Assembly: GCA_019058275.1 (NCBI GenBank)
Contig: JAHLVW010000094.1
Span: forward strand, 1-64,000
Source: Candidatus Heimdallarchaeota archaeon
GTDB lineage: Archaea; Asgardarchaeota; Heimdallarchaeia; JABLTI01
Reading direction: 5' to 3'
DNA: 64,000 bases
A program made the position numbers and the translations under genes. Positions 59,586 to 64,000 of the stretch are shown here, one piece after another; the stretch's first letter is position 1; each line of letters begins with the position of its first letter. Below the pieces are notes generated by a model. That model saw only the letters and a list, made by a program, of their open reading frames with translations, was not told the DNA's origin and did no database searches.

Positions 59586-60350
59586 TTGAATAGTGACCAA
59601 ACAATAATAATTGATAACCCAAATATAGCAGCAGATGTAAATTTAGCAGAGAAGAATTTTAAAGATAGATTATTAAAAATCCTATCGTATCTAAAACCAA
59701 CCATTATCAATGCATTAATCACATTTACTGCTTTTATTATCATAATTGCAATAACAAAGAAATTGGGCGTAACAGTTATTATTTCCATTGCAATATATTT
59801 GATTATTTCATTATTTGTTCAACCTCTTTATAGTGATAAATTAAGGAATAGATTTAACGGATTTTCATCAAAGAAAAAAAATGTACCCACAATAATTGCA
59901 TCAAATAATAATTCCATAGTGCTGTTAGCGAAAAATAAAACACTCATTGGTATATCATTACTAAAAGCAGAATGGCTAGAAAACTACCTAAATTTAAATC
60001 CTATTTGGGATTTATTGCAACAAGAAGGTGTTCAAATACAAGATTGCCGAGAAGGATGTTTCTTTGTTATTAGGAAAAATATCGAATTGAAAAGAAATGA
60101 TACATTTCAAAATAAGGCAATAAAATTAGTAAAAGAAATAGAAAAAACCATTCTTCTTCTAAAGAAACGATTTGATATTGAATATGATAATCTGAATTTG
60201 TATTTAGTAAAAGGGCAAGAAATTATTCTAACAACCATAAATCTTGGTTTGTATCCAATGAAGTTCGCATCAAACCAAGAGATTTCTGATGAAGATTTAG
60301 ATTATATTAGAACATCCTCACTGGATGTAAAGGAAGTTAGTGTTGAGTAA
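59586..60350 (+). CDS. Two-TM membrane protein with soluble C-terminal domain
   Basis: Hydrophobic hairpin at about aa 38-80; GGAGG Shine-Dalgarno sequence and TTG start. Confidence 0.72.
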   Translation: MNSDQTIIIDNPNIAADVNLAEKNFKDRLLKILSYLKPTIINALITFTAFIIIIAITKKLGVTVIISIAIYLIISLFVQPLYSDKLRNRFNGFSSKKKNVPTIIASNNNSIVLLAKNKTLIGISLLKAEWLENYLNLNPIWDLLQQEGVQIQDCREGCFFVIRKNIELKRNDTFQNKAIKLVKEIEKTILLLKKRFDIEYDNLNLYLVKGQEIILTTINLGLYPMKFASNQEISDEDLDYIRTSSLDVKEVSVE

Positions 60351-60383
60351 AAAATTAATGAAAAAAATTAAGGTGCTAAAGAA

Positions 60384-61058
60384 ATGGTACAAACATTTAA
60401 TTTGGAAATATTGTATAAAGCAATAGAACTTTTATTACTCTTTTGGATTTTAGGTTTACTATTCAAGTGGATTCTTATGTTCATATTTGGTGAAAAGGGA
60501 GCACACATAATTGGTTTTCTAGGTTATACAGTTAATTTTGCTTTGAAAAAATTCATGCTATCAAAAATCTTCAAAATAGAAGTATATGAATCGGATCCAT
60601 TCAAACTGAAATTCAAATTTGAAAAAACTGATAGATGGGATGTTCTATTTACCTCTTTAGTTTTAGCACCTATGGGAGTTGGTTTGCTTTTAGGAACATT
60701 AATTGGGACACTGGGTTTGTTAATGGAAGATAGTTTAGTAGTAATGTCAATTCTTCTTTACATCATAGGATTTCTCATTGCAGTCAATTCAATACCTTCC
60801 TTCCAAGATGTTAAAGAATTAAAAGAATGTTCGGTTAGGTCCATTGTAATTTGGTTTGTTATAGCTACAATCTTATGTGCGATACTTGCTTCTATCTTAA
60901 TACCTTTTATGGAAAATGCTTTGGGGGTAATAATTGCTGTATGTAGTGGAATTATTTTAACTACTATTATGACATTTTACATACCCCCTCTCTCTAATAA
61001 AATGACTAGTGATGAAAGCACTTCATTAATTGGAGGAACGGTTGATTTAGATGGTTGA
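60384..61058 (+). CDS. Multi-pass membrane protein, M50-like metalloprotease fold lacking HExxH
   Basis: About 6 TM segments; LAP and N..PS.QD motifs present; NFALK in place of HExxH. Confidence 0.55.
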   Translation: MVQTFNLEILYKAIELLLLFWILGLLFKWILMFIFGEKGAHIIGFLGYTVNFALKKFMLSKIFKIEVYESDPFKLKFKFEKTDRWDVLFTSLVLAPMGVGLLLGTLIGTLGLLMEDSLVVMSILLYIIGFLIAVNSIPSFQDVKELKECSVRSIVIWFVIATILCAILASILIPFMENALGVIIAVCSGIILTTIMTFYIPPLSNKMTSDESTSLIGGTVDLDG

Positions 61059-61743
61059 TCAAATACTAGTGAGTACAAGGGAAACAAATCGAGAATTTAT
61101 TCAAAATGGGAAAATTACTCACGTTTATGGTCCACCAAAGATAGGAAAATCTACTCTTTCAGCAAATCTTGCTTTAGAATTAGTGAAAATCGGTAAAAAA
61201 GTAAGTATCATTTCCACCGAAAGACCTATAGAAATAAGAATGGATTCAATGATTGAAGCAAATACTAGATATTCCATTGATTTACTTGAAAGTATTTTGA
61301 CATCAGATATTTTTACATTCACTGAATTGATTGAAGTAATCACTAATACATTACCTAATTATGAGCTAAAGGTTGATCTGCTTATTATTGATTCCTTAAC
61401 TGCATGTTACAGACAGAATTCAGGTCCTATAAATTTAACTTTGTTAAGAAAAGCATTGGCTTCTTTGCAATCATTAGCAATTAATAAAAACCTAGCAATC
61501 ATGTTTACAAATCAAGTTGCATCTCTTATGAATGAATCAAATGATTACCGACCAGTGGCATCTGCAACAACAAGGAATTATAGTGATATTACAATTCGAC
61601 TTAGCCAAAAGAATGATGGAAGAGCAGAAATCTCTATTGAAGATATTTTTGGTGAAGAGATAGAAGTTTTGAATCCAGCGTTTACTATTACTGAAATTGG
61701 AATTGAAGAATTTGATCAGTTATTTATTATTCCTGAAGAATAG
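61051..61743 (+). CDS. radB: RadB-like RecA-family protein
   Basis: ITHVYGPPKIGKST, ISTE, LLIIDS, TNQV; no N-terminal HhH domain. Confidence 0.75.
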   Translation: MVDQILVSTRETNREFIQNGKITHVYGPPKIGKSTLSANLALELVKIGKKVSIISTERPIEIRMDSMIEANTRYSIDLLESILTSDIFTFTELIEVITNTLPNYELKVDLLIIDSLTACYRQNSGPINLTLLRKALASLQSLAINKNLAIMFTNQVASLMNESNDYRPVASATTRNYSDITIRLSQKNDGRAEISIEDIFGEEIEVLNPAFTITEIGIEEFDQLFIIPEE

Positions 61744-61748
61744 ATGAA

Positions 61749-64000
61749 TTACTTGTATTCTTGATTTGATAATTTCACAAATTTCTGACTTTTCTTTGGT
61801 CCTAATCCATCAATAACCTTTAGATCATTTTCTGATGCATTAATAACATTTCTTACTGAACCAAGAGATTCAAGTAAACGTGAAGCTAATGTTCTATTAA
61901 TCCCAGGATATGAACTAATGACTTGAATAGCGCTAGCATTCGGATTAGATAATTTCATTGCTTTTCTAATCATAGGTTTTCTTCTTTTCGATTTTTGCTC
62001 TCTCATAGCTATTCTTTTCAGAATTGTTGCAGTTTCTTCTGAATTTTGTGTCTGTATAATAGAAACACCAAAATCTATCATAAATGATGATAATGCTCCA
62101 GCAATAGCTTCAGGATGTATTCCTCCTGATGGGAACCCCTCCAACAGCAATATTGGAATCTGATATGCGTTTGTAAGTAAACCTAATTGTTCAAATAATC
62201 TTCCATCAATTATTGAAGATAGCAAATCATCACCTTTTTTGTATTCAACAGCAACTCTATCACTTAGAACATAATCTCCACATTCCAATTGCTTGAAATC
62301 AAGATCAATTCCTTCTTTCTTCAAGTAAAATAAAATTTTGCTATTTCTTTCTCGGCTATCAACTATTATTTTTATACTGTCTTCAGATCTAGACTCTTTT
62401 TCTTCTTCTTTTTGATGTAGCTCTTCATTTTGTTGAGGTTTTTCTTGCCCCTTTAGCTCATCTAATGCTAAACGAAACGACTGGAGTTTCTCGCTATATG
62501 GATGCTTCTCTGTTTCTTTATCAGATTCAATTGTAATTTTTCCAGACTCAGCATTTCCTTCATTATTTATTGGAGCAAAAGCTCTTGTATCCTCAACAGG
62601 TTCTTTTCCTAATTCTTCTCTTAACCACATTATATCTTGTAACAATTTATTCATATGGCGCTCTCGAGCATTTGAAATGAAATGTGCAGCAGTATCAAAT
62701 GTATGGTGAGTGGTTAATACAAAGACCTTTCCTTCCTTCTTTCTTCCAGTTCTACCAGATCTTTGGATTTTTCGAATTGCTGAAGCAGTTCCATCATAGA
62801 AGATTACTAAATTACATTCTTCGACATCAAGTCCTTCTTCTAATACACTAGTTGAAACAAGGACTGGAAATTCATCTTTTCTAAAAGCATCTAATATTGC
62901 TATTTGTTTTTTTTGTGATAGACCACCTGAGCTACCTTTACTTTGCCCTACAAACGGTCTAGCGTCTATCCCACGTTCTTCTAAAGCTTCACTGATTGCA
63001 TAACATGTAGCTCTTAAATTGCAAAAAATTAGCACTCTGGAATTAATTAAATCAACTTTATCAAGTATGTCTATTAAATGAAGTAATTTAGGGTGAATTA
63101 CTCCTTGCTTATACAATGATTCGATATTTTCAACCATTTCTCTAAATTCGATTAGATTGAAAAGTCCTTTAATGCTCTTACTATTCTTTTCACGCCAATT
63201 TGTAACTATTGTGTGTGCACTAGGCATTCCTTGACTTTCTATCGTTTCTTTCAAAATTTGAATGTAAATCAAACGATTACAAGCCATTATCTCGATGTAA
63301 TTTGCCCTAAAATTTTTCGAAAGCTGTTTTTTAATTCTAAGTGTCTCACCTTTGTACAAGTACTGGAATTTCTTATCAGTTATGTTTTTGCTCTGTAAAA
63401 ATTCAACTTCTCGATTACCTAGTAAATTAACTACAGATAAAATAGCTTCGAATTCCATTGGTAGAGGAATCTCAATACGTTCAATCTTAGTGTTATGAAC
63501 GTATCTGTTTACTTCCGGGTCTTCCTTTGGTCTACTTTCAATTGCTTCAACGAACAAGTTTTTGCAGATTTCCAATATTGCTTCTTTTTTTGTTCCTGGA
63601 GAAGCAGTTAGAGCAATTATTCTTGCACTTGGATTCATTTGATGAATAATATCTGCAATTGGGACATAATCATAGTCACCTCTTGCTCGATGTGCTTCAT
63701 CAAAGTATACCAAACGACATTTTGCAGGATCTATATGATTATGAATAATGTCATTGCGAATTGTTTGAGGTGTAGCAATTATAATTAAAGCATTTTTAAT
63801 TATTTGTTTACGTTTTTGAGGGGATATCGCTCCTGAAAGTTCAACAATTTGATTTTCAGGTATTTTTAGAAACGATTTGAAAGATTTAACATGTTGGTTA
63901 ATAAGAGGTTTAGTTGGAGCCATTACTAGAACATATTCACCTTTTTTGAATTGCTCTTTTTGAAAAAGATAAGCTATATGTAGAATTGAGATTATTGTTT
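61749..64000 (-). CDS. hef: Hef/FANCM helicase-ERCC4 nuclease fusion (5' end truncated by the window edge)
   Basis: APTKPL..Q, TPQ, DEAHRA, LTASPG, EEGLD, IQR.GRTGR, VDSRE, GDY, C-terminal HhH; frame stays open past 63923 to the window end. Confidence 0.95.
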   Translation of the reverse strand, partial: TIISILHIAYLFQKEQFKKGEYVLVMAPTKPLINQHVKSFKSFLKIPENQIVELSGAISPQKRKQIIKNALIIIATPQTIRNDIIHNHIDPAKCRLVYFDEAHRARGDYDYVPIADIIHQMNPSARIIALTASPGTKKEAILEICKNLFVEAIESRPKEDPEVNRYVHNTKIERIEIPLPMEFEAILSVVNLLGNREVEFLQSKNITDKKFQYLYKGETLRIKKQLSKNFRANYIEIMACNRLIYIQILKETIESQGMPSAHTIVTNWREKNSKSIKGLFNLIEFREMVENIESLYKQGVIHPKLLHLIDILDKVDLINSRVLIFCNLRATCYAISEALEERGIDARPFVGQSKGSSGGLSQKKQIAILDAFRKDEFPVLVSTSVLEEGLDVEECNLVIFYDGTASAIRKIQRSGRTGRKKEGKVFVLTTHHTFDTAAHFISNARERHMNKLLQDIMWLREELGKEPVEDTRAFAPINNEGNAESGKITIESDKETEKHPYSEKLQSFRLALDELKGQEKPQQNEELHQKEEEKESRSEDSIKIIVDSRERNSKILFYLKKEGIDLDFKQLECGDYVLSDRVAVEYKKGDDLLSSIIDGRLFEQLGLLTNAYQIPILLLEGFPSGGIHPEAIAGALSSFMIDFGVSIIQTQNSEETATILKRIAMREQKSKRRKPMIRKAMKLSNPNASAIQVISSYPGINRTLASRLLESLGSVRNVINASENDLKVIDGLGPKKSQKFVKLSNQEYK

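Overview
AT-rich archaeal chromosomal segment, most likely from an Asgard archaeon (Heimdallarchaeia-like). The evidence is archaeal information-processing genes (pheS/pheT, cmk-rpl14e-cbf5, fen1, rfcL, radA/radB, hef, xpd, an intron-containing tRNA-Ser) together with eukaryotic signature proteins: an ESCRT-I/II cluster (UEV-Vps23, Vps28, Vps22), a longin-like protein and an EXO5-like Fe-S nuclease. No CRISPR array, transposase or prophage was seen. Most notable observations: (1) the unannotated 112-aa gene between vps28 and vps22 aligns by eye with the C-terminal four-helix bundle of the neighbouring Vps28, suggesting a stand-alone Vps28-CTD ESCRT component; (2) a Hel308/HELQ-like helicase with an inserted SWIM zinc finger lies near a RAD51-like RadA with an altered L1 loop and a long tail; (3) a thioredoxin-V4R-V4R protein, a peroxiredoxin and a Walker-A-dead KaiC-like protein form a possible redox-signalling cluster; (4) a surface/membrane operon with a 1690-aa Ig-repeat protein and a pseudo-metalloprotease ends in radB, and an orphan VirB2-like pilin lies elsewhere in the window; (5) bcp appears to start at ATT. 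All protein calls come from motif recognition by eye; no database searches were run.
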